From Candidatus Moanibacter tarae (lineage in GTDB: Bacteria > Verrucomicrobiota > Verrucomicrobiia > Opitutales > UBA2987), in assembly GCA_003226295.1 (NCBI GenBank), contig CP029803.1, forward strand, positions 736,211 to 800,210: 64,000 nt of DNA, read 5' to 3'. Position numbers and translations under genes: made by a program. Shown here in pieces: positions 9,604 to 18,957 of this stretch. The notes below the pieces were generated by a model. The model saw nothing but the letters and a program-made list of their open reading frames with translations, ran no database searches and was not told where the DNA came from. How positions within the stretch are numbered: the stretch's first letter is position 1; every line of letters begins with the position of its first letter.

Positions 9604-10425
9604 ATGGAGCAAACTGCAAGGCCCATAAGTATAGAGGATGAAAGTTTCTTTCACCGCGAGGGCTATTTGGTTATTCCCAGCTTTTTAAATACAGAGTTCA
9701 ACTCTTGTTTGCGAGCAGACGTTGACCAGCTGATGATAGACCGGGCAGATGGAAGTGAACGCCTACTGGTTGCCTATCCTGATCTCGGATTACTTACTTC
9801 CCATCCAGCTTTGACAGATATTCTCCAGATATTAATGGGCCCACGTTTTGCCATGCATCACATTCACGCGGTACGCCAGGACGCCGGAGCTCAGGGTGTG
9901 TATTGGCATCAGGACTATGAACAGTTGCCCCAAACGAATCGATCTCATTTGATGGTGCATGTGTTTTACTACCTCAATGGTCTTAATGGCGAAGTTGGTG
10001 ATTTATTGGTCCTACCGCGTTCGCAGGATCGAATTGTGGCTAGGGATGCAATGATGTCTTTTGGCACCGAGGATCTTCCCGGTTCGTTGTGTTTTGACGA
10101 TTTATCTCCTGGTAGTGCCGTTATTGTGCATTCGGCCCTTTGGCATGCTCGTCGCCCCAAGCCAGGTGGAGAGAACGAGTCTCGCTATTTCATCGATGTT
10201 TCCTATTGCCAAAATGGTGTTCTGTGGCCCAGTTACGGAAAGAGGCAGGCGGAGATTAACCGGACCGCCTTAGCCCAAGGGTTGGGACGTAATGGTCGTT
10301 ACGATTTCCTCTATGATAGCAGCCAGTTCTTTGACCAAGATGCTTTAACTGAGGATTTCGATCAAACTAACAAAGGAAGCATCGTTCTGCAAATGAAGGG
10401 AATATCTATGGGGGATCAGGGTTGA
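9604..10425 (+). CDS. PhyH family Fe(II)/2-oxoglutarate dioxygenase
   Basis: FHREGYLVIP N-terminal motif, YWHQDY (HxD) and HSALWHARRP (distal His). GGAGGG Shine-Dalgarno sequence upstream. Confidence 0.8.
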   Translation: MEQTARPISIEDESFFHREGYLVIPSFLNTEFNSCLRADVDQLMIDRADGSERLLVAYPDLGLLTSHPALTDILQILMGPRFAMHHIHAVRQDAGAQGVYWHQDYEQLPQTNRSHLMVHVFYYLNGLNGEVGDLLVLPRSQDRIVARDAMMSFGTEDLPGSLCFDDLSPGSAVIVHSALWHARRPKPGGENESRYFIDVSYCQNGVLWPSYGKRQAEINRTALAQGLGRNGRYDFLYDSSQFFDQDALTEDFDQTNKGSIVLQMKGISMGDQG

Positions 10426-10631
10426 TATAGGCTATCTTCCGATTGCTTCTTAAATTATTCCCATATTCAGGCTTACCAACTACCATATATGATTCTCCCT
10501 GAATTTGTTTTCGGAATTCGGGTGGAAAACAACCTGAGACTGAATAGTCGTTCGTAACATAAAAGTCTTTGGAAACTTGATTCTGGATTCCTTAGTAGTA
10601 ATCTCTCAATTTCAGAGTACTTTAGAGTCAC

Positions 10632-11831
10632 ATGTCTTCAAGGGCCCAATTGACCATTCTGTTTAGTGCTTTGATTATGGCTATTGCAATGGGAGTGAGA
10701 CAGTCCTTGGGATTGTTTCTCCAGCCCATAGCTGACACTCTTTCATCTAGCCGCGAAACTTTCAGTTTCGCATTGGCGATTCAAAATATCCTGTTAGGTA
10801 TTCCATTGGCAGGAATACTTGCGGATCGAATTGGAGCACGAATGGTTGTTGGCGTCGGATCGATCCTATACGCTATAGGGTTTGCGATTCTTGCACTTGT
10901 TCCTTCTTTAGCCAGTCTCTATACAGGGCTGGGAGGTTTACTTGGTTTCGCTCTTAGTGCGACATCCTATGTTGTTGTATTGGGAGCGGTAGCCCAGGTT
11001 ATCCCACCTGAACGCCGTGGAACTGCATTTGGGATTGTTACTGCATCTGGCTCATTTGGGACCTTTACCGTGGTGCCGGGTTTACAGTGGCTCCTAAGCG
11101 AATTTGATTGGCAAACAACTTTTCTTTATGCCTCTTTGGCAGTTGGGACTATTGCCCTTTTCGCCCTAGGATTACCTTCTAAGTCATGGAAGCATCCGGT
11201 TTCTGTAGGAGTTGCGAATCAGGAGAGCTTTGCAAGAGTTTTATCTAAAGCGTTCAAACACCAAGGGTATTTGTTGCTCAATTGTGGATTCCTAGTTTGC
11301 GGTTTCCACGTTGCCTTCATTGCTACCCATTTGCCTTCATTTATGGCGGGTTATGGTCTTTCTGATATGATTGGGGCAACGGCTCTATCATTGATTGGAT
11401 TCTTTAATATGATTGGTTGTTTTCTTTTTGGACGGTTGGGTGACCGTCACCCCAAAAAATATCTCCTGAGCTTTCTTTATCTATCGAGGGCCATTGTTAT
11501 TTGCTTCTTTTTGATCGTCCCTGTCACCGGCGTTACAGCCCTAATCTTCGCATCTGTAATTGGGTTCCTTTGGCTGGCTACGGTCCCGTTAACAAGCGGA
11601 ATTGTCGCTCAGATATTTGGAACCGGGCATCTCTCTTCACTTTATGGAATCGTATTCCTTTCCCACCAGATTGGCAGTTTTTTCGGTGTTTGGCTCGGAG
11701 GGCGGATTTACGACCAGACTGGATCCTATAATTCTGTCTGGATTGGTGCCATCATATTGGGTGTCGTCGCTACGTTACTTCATTTGCCAATCCAAGAAAC
11801 CTCTCTTCCTCGTTCAACATCCAACGCTTAG
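10632..11831 (+). CDS. MFS transporter
   Basis: 399 aa with about 12 hydrophobic segments. The GILADRIGAR loop-2/3 motif is typical of the major facilitator superfamily. Confidence 0.85.
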   Translation: MSSRAQLTILFSALIMAIAMGVRQSLGLFLQPIADTLSSSRETFSFALAIQNILLGIPLAGILADRIGARMVVGVGSILYAIGFAILALVPSLASLYTGLGGLLGFALSATSYVVVLGAVAQVIPPERRGTAFGIVTASGSFGTFTVVPGLQWLLSEFDWQTTFLYASLAVGTIALFALGLPSKSWKHPVSVGVANQESFARVLSKAFKHQGYLLLNCGFLVCGFHVAFIATHLPSFMAGYGLSDMIGATALSLIGFFNMIGCFLFGRLGDRHPKKYLLSFLYLSRAIVICFFLIVPVTGVTALIFASVIGFLWLATVPLTSGIVAQIFGTGHLSSLYGIVFLSHQIGSFFGVWLGGRIYDQTGSYNSVWIGAIILGVVATLLHLPIQETSLPRSTSNA

Positions 11832-12080
11832 GATCTTGGGCTGCGTCTTATAGGATTGTCAGTGGAAACCAATGAATCCTCGAATATTCTGACGTGAATT
11901 TCCTGTTTAGAGTGGGATTAGTATAGAATTGGGCTCATAAGTCTTCCGTTGTTTGGGAGATGCGGGGCGCATTGAATTTTCCAAGTAGTGTTTGAATTTA
12001 GATTGTTGATAAATTTAGAGAACAGAGCCATTCAAGGTTTATTGTGGACTATTCTGAATATTTGGTGAGATTTTCAATCG

Positions 12081-13700
12081 GTGACTGATTCAAAAGGCTA
12101 TATATCGGAAGTCCCGCATTCCAAATTCGGTGATACGCTCGAGGAGCAGGAAGAACAACTGCGGTCAAACCCCCTGCTGCAAAGCTTTCTTTCTTCCCGA
12201 AAAAAGCATGCAAATGATCCTGTTAGGCCGCGCTATCATTACTGTAATCCCGAGGGTCGCCTTAATGATCCTAACGGACTTTGTTTTTGGCAAAACCGTT
12301 GGCATATGTTCTATCAGACTTTTCCTCCAGAGGATCCCCGTCCTCACTGGGGACATGTAGTTAGCGATGATTTAATCCATTGGCGCGATCTGCCTCATGC
12401 TCTTTATCCTAATCCAGAGGATGGCTGTTGGTCAGGTGCGTCATTAGTGGAGGAGGATCGGGTCCTTGCTCACTATTACGGCCATCCCAGGGGAAACATG
12501 ACAGCGATCAGCCGTGATCCACTATTGTTAAATTGGGAGAAACTAGGCGAAATTATCCCTGTCCCAGAAGTTTGGGCAGGTTATCGTATTTATGATCCTT
12601 GTATATGGAAGAAGGATGGTTTTTATTATTCTTTATCGGGTGGTCGCCTTCCCAGTGGTCCTGGTGGAAGAGCGCGCCCAGCAAACTTTCTTTTTCGGTC
12701 CTCCGACCTCAAAAGGTGGGAATACCTACATCCTTTCGTTGAAGATGATCTATTTTCTGAGAACGGTGATGATGGGGCTTGTCCATACTTCTGGCCTATT
12801 GGCAACAAGCACATGTTGCTTTTCTTTAGTCATATGCGAGGAGGGCGATATATCATCGGTGATTACGATAAAGGTCGTGATAAGCTGATTGCCACCGACT
12901 ACGGGCGTTTCAATTTCGGTGCTGCCTTGCCTGGTGGTGTCCATGCTCCATCGGCAGTACCAGATGGGGAGGGAGGCCTCATCGTCATTTTCAATGTAAA
13001 CTGGGCGCTCCCATCAACGGGGTGGAGCGATGAGCATCGCGCCTCTTTCTTTTTCGGATGTTGGGCAGGCCAACAGATAATGAGCCTTCCGAGGCGACTA
13101 AATCTAACAAATGAAAATGAACTTACGATCACACCCGCCGGTGATATTGAGTCACTGCGTGGCGATAATGTTCAGTTGGTTGACCGGGAGATCCCTAGCA
13201 ACCAAGAGATGATCCTTTCCGAAATCGCTGGTAGTTCCTTTGAGATCAAGGTGGAAATTGACACCCAAGATTCACCTATGGTTGCTTTGGATGTTCTTCG
13301 GGCGCCAGACAAACAGGAGTACACCCGTATAGCATTCTACCGTAACAGAGGGTTGAAACCCGTCCTTCCTGGTATGGGTTCGAGCACCCCAGCAGATGGC
13401 GTTGGAGTTCATAGTTTGATCTCTATTGATTCCTCTTGCTCCTCAATTTTACTCGAGGCTCGATCAAGACCACCTGAAACAGCTCCTGTTTTTTTGAAGC
13501 CAGATGAATTTCTTAAATTGCGCGTGTTTGTGGACCGAAGTATCGTTGAAGTCTTTGTTAATGATAAACAGTGCATTGCGGTTCGTGTCTACCCTGGACG
13601 TGAGGATAGTACTGGTGTTTCTATTCTTTCCCAGGGTCAAGGATCGCGAATTATATCTCTGGACGCTTGGCAGATGAAAAGTATCTACGATAGACCGTAG
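12081..13700 (+). CDS. Glycoside hydrolase family 32-like protein (beta-fructofuranosidase fold) with an atypical catalytic motif set
   Basis: GTG start. Motifs LNDPNG (nucleophile Asp63), HWGHVVSDDLIHW, WSGAS and MSLPRRL. The RDP motif reads YDP (Tyr171-Asp172) and the EC motif reads AC (Ala233-Cys234). No signal peptide. Confidence 0.8.
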   Translation: MTDSKGYISEVPHSKFGDTLEEQEEQLRSNPLLQSFLSSRKKHANDPVRPRYHYCNPEGRLNDPNGLCFWQNRWHMFYQTFPPEDPRPHWGHVVSDDLIHWRDLPHALYPNPEDGCWSGASLVEEDRVLAHYYGHPRGNMTAISRDPLLLNWEKLGEIIPVPEVWAGYRIYDPCIWKKDGFYYSLSGGRLPSGPGGRARPANFLFRSSDLKRWEYLHPFVEDDLFSENGDDGACPYFWPIGNKHMLLFFSHMRGGRYIIGDYDKGRDKLIATDYGRFNFGAALPGGVHAPSAVPDGEGGLIVIFNVNWALPSTGWSDEHRASFFFGCWAGQQIMSLPRRLNLTNENELTITPAGDIESLRGDNVQLVDREIPSNQEMILSEIAGSSFEIKVEIDTQDSPMVALDVLRAPDKQEYTRIAFYRNRGLKPVLPGMGSSTPADGVGVHSLISIDSSCSSILLEARSRPPETAPVFLKPDEFLKLRVFVDRSIVEVFVNDKQCIAVRVYPGREDSTGVSILSQGQGSRIISLDAWQMKSIYDRP

Positions 13701-13896
13701 GATGTTATATGCTTCAATGATGCTTTGGGGGACAACGAGCATTCTCACTTGAGGTACGTTTTCTAGGACGACCGGTTAAACCTCGTTTTAAAGCCAAGAT
13801 GAGATCTAACGGACCTGATTATATGTTAACCTTGGGTTGAATAGAGGCAGCCTAGGAGGGTGGAAAGCGAAGCAGTAGAGTTGATGGGTTTTTCGA

Positions 13897-14874
13897 CTAT
13901 TCGAAGCCCTTTATTCCTTGATCGATTGCTTCACACAACTGCATGGTTTTAACGAGGTCTTTGAGCCCACTCCACGGTTCTTTATCCTTGCGTATGCATT
14001 CTACGAAGTGGCGGGTTTCGTTGAAGTCCCGGCCGCCTACGGAATCCAGGTCGAGTTGTATCTCAAGGGGGCTTCCGGATTCGTAAAGTTCAGTTTTACG
14101 GATACTGTTTGTTAGATCCAGGTAAGCCGAAAAGGAATCGGCATGAACTTCGATCCTTTGGATACGGGAACCGACAGTGTAGTGGCTCATCATAACGGCA
14201 TTGCATTCATTTGTGAAATGGATGATTGCATTATAGTGAAAACTTCCCGGGTGGTTTCCCTTCCGGGAATATGCGAAGACTTCGTCGAAATCTGCTGGTT
14301 CTTCGAGAGATGGGCCTGCAAGCCAACGGATTAGATCCACATGATGTATGGCATCGCAAATTATTGGACTGGGTATAGCATCTTCGGATCCATAAGCAAA
14401 AAGGGGAATTAATCCCTTGTTGTAAGTGGCTGATACATGAACGGCGCCACCGTGTTCCAGGATGAGGTTCTTGACCGCAAGAACTTCGGGATAGTAGCGG
14501 CGATTGACAGAGACAATCGTCTTCCCATTACTTTTTTCAGAAGAAGCCAGCATTCGCTCAGCTTCCTGAGAAGACATGCCCACTGGTTTTTCGATAGAGG
14601 TATGGAGATCGCGTTCTAGACAGTCTAGGACTATCTCAGTTAGATGAGCAGGCATTGTTTCTACGTAGACGACATCGAGCTGGCAGACGTCGAGCATTTC
14701 CCTGTAGTTACTAAAAACTTGTTCTGGAGCGTATTCCTTCCGAGCCTCCTCGAGACGATCGGGATTAATCTCAGCTACTGCGGCTAGCATCATTTCAGGC
14801 TCCTGATGGATCATGTCTAAATGGGATCGAGCATGTTGCCCGGCTCCGATCACTGCTACTCGTAAGGGATCCAT
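13897..14874 (-). CDS. Gfo/Idh/MocA family oxidoreductase
   Basis: LRVAVIGAGQHARSH Rossmann motif and an EKP motif (SIEKPVG). Confidence 0.85.
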   Translation of the reverse strand: MDPLRVAVIGAGQHARSHLDMIHQEPEMMLAAVAEINPDRLEEARKEYAPEQVFSNYREMLDVCQLDVVYVETMPAHLTEIVLDCLERDLHTSIEKPVGMSSQEAERMLASSEKSNGKTIVSVNRRYYPEVLAVKNLILEHGGAVHVSATYNKGLIPLFAYGSEDAIPSPIICDAIHHVDLIRWLAGPSLEEPADFDEVFAYSRKGNHPGSFHYNAIIHFTNECNAVMMSHYTVGSRIQRIEVHADSFSAYLDLTNSIRKTELYESGSPLEIQLDLDSVGGRDFNETRHFVECIRKDKEPWSGLKDLVKTMQLCEAIDQGIKGFE

Positions 14875-15040
14875 TAATTATTTCTAAACGAGAAAATGGA
14901 AAAGTCAAACATGCCAGGCTACTTGGAATTCAACAGATTCAACGTAGAGTATCTCTAAATATCTGAACACCAACCTGATATTATTTTTGTTTCATGTTTT
15001 GCAGGATTTACAGAAGTTATCTCAAGGGTTTCAGAACACA

Positions 15041-16129
15041 CTATTTAGCCCGATGTTCTTTTAGTAGTTTCGGATTTAGGACTGTGCCTATTCCAGGCTG
15101 ATTGGAAAGGTGGTAATGGGAATTAGTGATGTGTTCCGGAGGGTCGATCAACTCGGAACGCCATGTGTTCAGGCCCCATGGATATTCCAATACTAAGAAG
15201 CCGGTGTGTGCCGCCATGACCTGAGCACTGGCTGCTAGTGTTACGGGCCCGAAGGGACCGTGGGGAGCCACTCGAATACCGCAGCTCTCGGCCATTGTCG
15301 ATACTTTGTGAAGTTCACCAATCCCTCCAACGATTCCCACATCGGGCATTGCGATATGAAAGATCTCCCTTTGGAAAGCTGGCCAGAATCCCTGGATGAA
15401 TTCGTAACGCTCACCTCCAGCGAGAGGAACTGCACAACGCTCTTTGACTTTCAAATATCCCTCCCAATCATCATTCGCCACAGGTTCTTCAAACCAGTAG
15501 AGGCCCACATCATTCAAGTCTTCGATTATGGCCAGAGCTGCTTGTGGAGTAAAGAGGCCGTAACAGTCCAGCATGATTTCAATATCGGGACCTACGGCAG
15601 CTCGTACGGAACGCACACATTGTAGGGATTCTTCCAGATGTTCTGTTGTTTCTATGGGACCCGGTCCTACGAATGGGGCGAGTTTAACAGCGCTAAATCC
15701 ATCTGCAACTGCACCCTTAGCGCTCTTAGCAAAGGCCTCTGGGGTCAATCGATGGGTGGCCCGGGTGATGTTAGCATAGAGTCGGATAGTATCGTGATTG
15801 CTTCCACCAAAGAGTGTATGGAGCGGAACCTGCAACGACCGGGCAAGGATATCCCATAGACATTGTTCAATTGCGCTGAGAGAGCGTACTTCAACGAGTC
15901 CAAGTGTGTCTTTTTTTAGGTCTGAAATGATTGTATTGATAATTCGAGGATCACGGCCTCGAAGATTGTCTCCCATCTGCTTCAGTGTTGCTACGCATGC
16001 TGCGCGAGGGGCAGATGGATTCAGCTCTCCCAGACCAGTGATATTGCTATCTGTATGAATAAGTACGAATACCCAGGTCTCATAATTGTTTACCGTTACC
16101 GTTTCTAGTTCCAGATGTGTTATTTTCAT
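15041..16129 (-). CDS. Enolase-superfamily enzyme (MR/MLE family)
   Basis: 362 aa. Motifs IEQCLWDILARSLQVPLHTLFGG, FSAVKL, MLDCYG, WFEEPV, LAGGE and the catalytic-position His in VAPHG. Confidence 0.85.
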   Translation of the reverse strand: MKITHLELETVTVNNYETWVFVLIHTDSNITGLGELNPSAPRAACVATLKQMGDNLRGRDPRIINTIISDLKKDTLGLVEVRSLSAIEQCLWDILARSLQVPLHTLFGGSNHDTIRLYANITRATHRLTPEAFAKSAKGAVADGFSAVKLAPFVGPGPIETTEHLEESLQCVRSVRAAVGPDIEIMLDCYGLFTPQAALAIIEDLNDVGLYWFEEPVANDDWEGYLKVKERCAVPLAGGERYEFIQGFWPAFQREIFHIAMPDVGIVGGIGELHKVSTMAESCGIRVAPHGPFGPVTLAASAQVMAAHTGFLVLEYPWGLNTWRSELIDPPEHITNSHYHLSNQPGIGTVLNPKLLKEHRAK

Positions 16130-16313
16130 ATGGATGTTGTTTGAGATTATCGAATCCCAAAATACTTCTGTTCAAGGACGGGATAGCAGATTTTGTCTTC
16201 TTGTTTCTAAAGAAAACTTTAGACATATTTAGGGATTTCTAAGAGGTGAAAAAATTACGATACAATCTGGGATTCCTATTGGCAAGTTAACCGAAACATT
16301 CAGTCTACTAGGT

Positions 16314-17894
16314 ATGAGTGACTTATGGAAAAAATCCCGCGGATATTATCCCGGTGATTGGGTTAGACCTAGAAGCAATGGAGGTTCATGGCGTCCTCTG
16401 GTCGATTGGACGGAGGTGTTTCCAGGGCACCGATCGGTCGATCGGAAAGGGCAGTTTAATCTCTACGACGCACCCGTCGACGTTCGTCTTGCCATTGAAG
16501 AAGCCGAAGGGTCTGAACCTCTCGAATTCGATGGGCAGGTTGATGATTTGGGAAATTCAGTTAAAGTTTGGAAATCTAAAGGAGGTTACCATCTACTATA
16601 TTATGAGGATGGGCGAGTTGCTTACGCTTCAAGTGAAGATGCGTTTCATTGGAGGAGACCTTCATTGGGTATTGTTGAGAAAAACGGTAGTACCGAAAAC
16701 AATCTAGTAACCGAAGTGGGTGGGGATGCTTTGAAATGCGTTTTTGAGGATCCAACTGCGCCCCCAAATGAACGCTTTAAGGGTATGGGGTGTGAGGGTG
16801 CATTACTTAATTCTGCGACTTGGGAGGTGGCAAATGAAGGGGAGGATATCGACGACGAGCTGATTGAGCAATGGTGGGCAGATCAGGAGTATCTTGGGCC
16901 CTCATTTAAGGGACCTAGATTAGTTCTGAAAGGGAGAGTGATTGGATGGACCTCTCCGGATCGGATTCACTGGAGACGGTGCGATCAGATTCTCGCTAAC
17001 TTTCCGATGGATGGTGGTCTTTCTATTAGTTATGATGAATCCTCTGGCTTTTTCTACGGTTATTGTCGCCTACAGGGGGTTCCACAGGAGCAGTTCGACC
17101 TAATGGGTAAAGGCAAATGGGAGAGCGAGATTTTCCATCGAGCAATTGGCCTGACCCAAACTAGGGATTTCCTCAACTGGTCGGCTCCTAAGCTTGTCCT
17201 TTTTCCTGACGGACAGGATCCTCCTGATACTTCCTTTTATGGGGGTGACTATTTTTCCCATCCGGGTCTTGATGATCTCCACTGCATGTTAGTACAGGTT
17301 TACCACCACATAACAGATCATATGGATAGCCAGATTGCTTTTAGTCGAGATGGTGTGATTTGGCAGCGACCAGAGCGTAGGGCCATTATTCCAGCTGGTG
17401 TGGCAGGATCTAATGGACCGTCTATGGTGTATTCTTGGGGTAGTGGAATCGTTGAACTTCCGGATGGATTATGGGGTTCTCTATTCGGTGCCCACAATAA
17501 ATTGCACAACGAGCCTCGTTTAGATGGGGCAAATTCATGTTCGTTGAGATGGGCGCGTTGGAAGCCCTTTCGGTTTTGCGGTATCGAATCCAAGGCCGAG
17601 GGCCGTTTTACCATTGCTACAATAAAGCGCACGGCTGACGAACTTAGATTAAATTACCACTGTAAGCCAGGCGGTTGGATTGAAGTTGAGATACTTCGCC
17701 AGATTCCTTCTCGGGTTCATCCAGATGTCGACCCGGTTCCCGGATTTACATTCACGGATAGTGACCGTCTCACAGGTGACTCTATAGACAGTGTCGTTAC
17801 TTGGGGCGACAGGAGCGATCTATCAGAAGTCGGAGAGATGCTTGCGGTCCGCCTGAAAATGTTTCAAGCTAAAATTTTTGCTTACCAAATATAG
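16314..17894 (+). CDS. Hypothetical protein (526 aa), possibly a beta-propeller glycosidase-like fold
   Basis: Long ORF with no competing frame. Segments such as YHLLYYEDGRVAYASSEDAFHWRRP and IAFSRDGVIWQRP resemble blade motifs of clan GH-F/GH-J-like propellers. No family-defining motif was seen. Confidence 0.6.
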   Translation: MSDLWKKSRGYYPGDWVRPRSNGGSWRPLVDWTEVFPGHRSVDRKGQFNLYDAPVDVRLAIEEAEGSEPLEFDGQVDDLGNSVKVWKSKGGYHLLYYEDGRVAYASSEDAFHWRRPSLGIVEKNGSTENNLVTEVGGDALKCVFEDPTAPPNERFKGMGCEGALLNSATWEVANEGEDIDDELIEQWWADQEYLGPSFKGPRLVLKGRVIGWTSPDRIHWRRCDQILANFPMDGGLSISYDESSGFFYGYCRLQGVPQEQFDLMGKGKWESEIFHRAIGLTQTRDFLNWSAPKLVLFPDGQDPPDTSFYGGDYFSHPGLDDLHCMLVQVYHHITDHMDSQIAFSRDGVIWQRPERRAIIPAGVAGSNGPSMVYSWGSGIVELPDGLWGSLFGAHNKLHNEPRLDGANSCSLRWARWKPFRFCGIESKAEGRFTIATIKRTADELRLNYHCKPGGWIEVEILRQIPSRVHPDVDPVPGFTFTDSDRLTGDSIDSVVTWGDRSDLSEVGEMLAVRLKMFQAKIFAYQI

Positions 17895-17925
17895 TTGGTT
17901 AGAAGAATTAATTTAGCATCACCAA

Positions 17926-18876
17926 ATGAAAATCCTTCTTCGCCAGTGTGATTTATCCGACGAGTACCTCCACTTTGTTGCTCAGATAGGGGCTGATGGG
18001 ATCGATATTCATAATGCGGAGAGCATTCCTGGCTTCATCGAACAGGGCTATCCTGACGAGAAAGCGTTGCGCAGAATTAAGGAGCGAATAAATGGATTTG
18101 GTCTAGGTCTTTACCGGATTGCTCCACAGGACGAGCCGCTAGATTTTATGCTGGGGAATCCAGGAGGTGAAAAAGATATAGAGGACTTGAAAAGGACCAT
18201 AGAAATTATGGGACGGCTCGAAATTCCTTTTCTCTCTACGCCCTTTCATTTTGATCATCCAGGTCATTGTGGAGCTGTGAAGTTCACTCATCGTTGTGGT
18301 TACCAAATGGGCGGGTTCAGTGTTGATAAAATGAACGCTAGCAGAACCGAAAAACCTTGGGAATTTAGGGTTACAATCGAAGAGCATTGGGAACGATCTC
18401 TCGAGCTCTTGCGAGCGCTAGTTCCCGTGGCGGAAGAAAACAACGTAAAACTGATAACCCATCCAGGCGACCCTCCGTTATCCAATGCTTACGTATCCCC
18501 ACAGCGCTGGACCGACTTGATGTATCAGGTTCCAAGCACCCATAATGGTCTTCTATATTGCGTTGGCACACGCTATGAGTCAGGTGTGAACATTTGTGAC
18601 GATATCCGGAGGTATGGGAGGAAGGGTCAGATATTTCACACTCATATTCGAAATGTAAGAGGACAAATCCCTACTCACGGAGGTTACCAGGAGGTTTCCA
18701 TTGATGACGGGGATATCGATCTGTTCGCTGTTCTGAAGACCCTTCGTGAAGTGGGATTTGATGGCGGCCTCCAACTCGATCATATGCCTGATTATGCCTA
18801 CGACGATCAACACCGTAAAATCGCTTGGGCACAAGCTGTTGGCTATGTCCAGGCTCTTTTGGCTGCGTTATATTGA
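17926..18876 (+). CDS. Short UxuA-like (mannonate dehydratase family) xylose-isomerase-like TIM-barrel protein
   Basis: The C-terminal half aligns by eye with E. coli UxuA: VPVAEENNVKLITHPGDPP vs IPVAEEVGVRMAVHPDDPP, YCVGT vs MCTGS, IFHTHIRNV vs IYFTHLRS, GDIDLF, and LDHMP vs RPDHG. It is 316 aa against ~394 aa for canonical UxuA. Lies 31 nt after the upstream gene. Confidence 0.65.
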   Translation: MKILLRQCDLSDEYLHFVAQIGADGIDIHNAESIPGFIEQGYPDEKALRRIKERINGFGLGLYRIAPQDEPLDFMLGNPGGEKDIEDLKRTIEIMGRLEIPFLSTPFHFDHPGHCGAVKFTHRCGYQMGGFSVDKMNASRTEKPWEFRVTIEEHWERSLELLRALVPVAEENNVKLITHPGDPPLSNAYVSPQRWTDLMYQVPSTHNGLLYCVGTRYESGVNICDDIRRYGRKGQIFHTHIRNVRGQIPTHGGYQEVSIDDGDIDLFAVLKTLREVGFDGGLQLDHMPDYAYDDQHRKIAWAQAVGYVQALLAALY

Positions 18877-18957
18877 GGTGTTTTCAGTAAGGATCGTAGG
18901 TTTTTAGATTACAGAGTTTCTTCGGGAACGGCCCAATTATTAACTGTGCATTGAAGG

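Noticed and set aside
12510-12521. The literal S-R-D-P (residues 144-147) taken as the GH32 RDP motif, which would make that motif intact.
   Set aside because: The spacing from the nucleophile Asp63 (83 aa) and the flanking context fit poorly. The block YRIYDPCIWKKDGFYYSLSGG matches the canonical F-R-D-P-K-V-x-W...W-Y-M-x-x-G context and spacing much better. The SRDP therefore aligns with the earlier Y-S-x-D-x-x-x-W block.
16206-16223. The inverted repeat TCTAAAG-aaaa-CTTTAGA in the divergent spacer between the enolase gene (15041..16129) and the 526-aa gene. Related AT-rich repeats are TCTAGATT x2 at 25552..25578, TATAAGAT x2 at 5753..5768 and GAATATTC at 5790..5797.
   Set aside because: Repeats of 7-8 bp in AT-rich spacers are expected many times by chance, and I could not establish a shared consensus among them. 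They are worth including in a formal motif search but are not evidence on their own.
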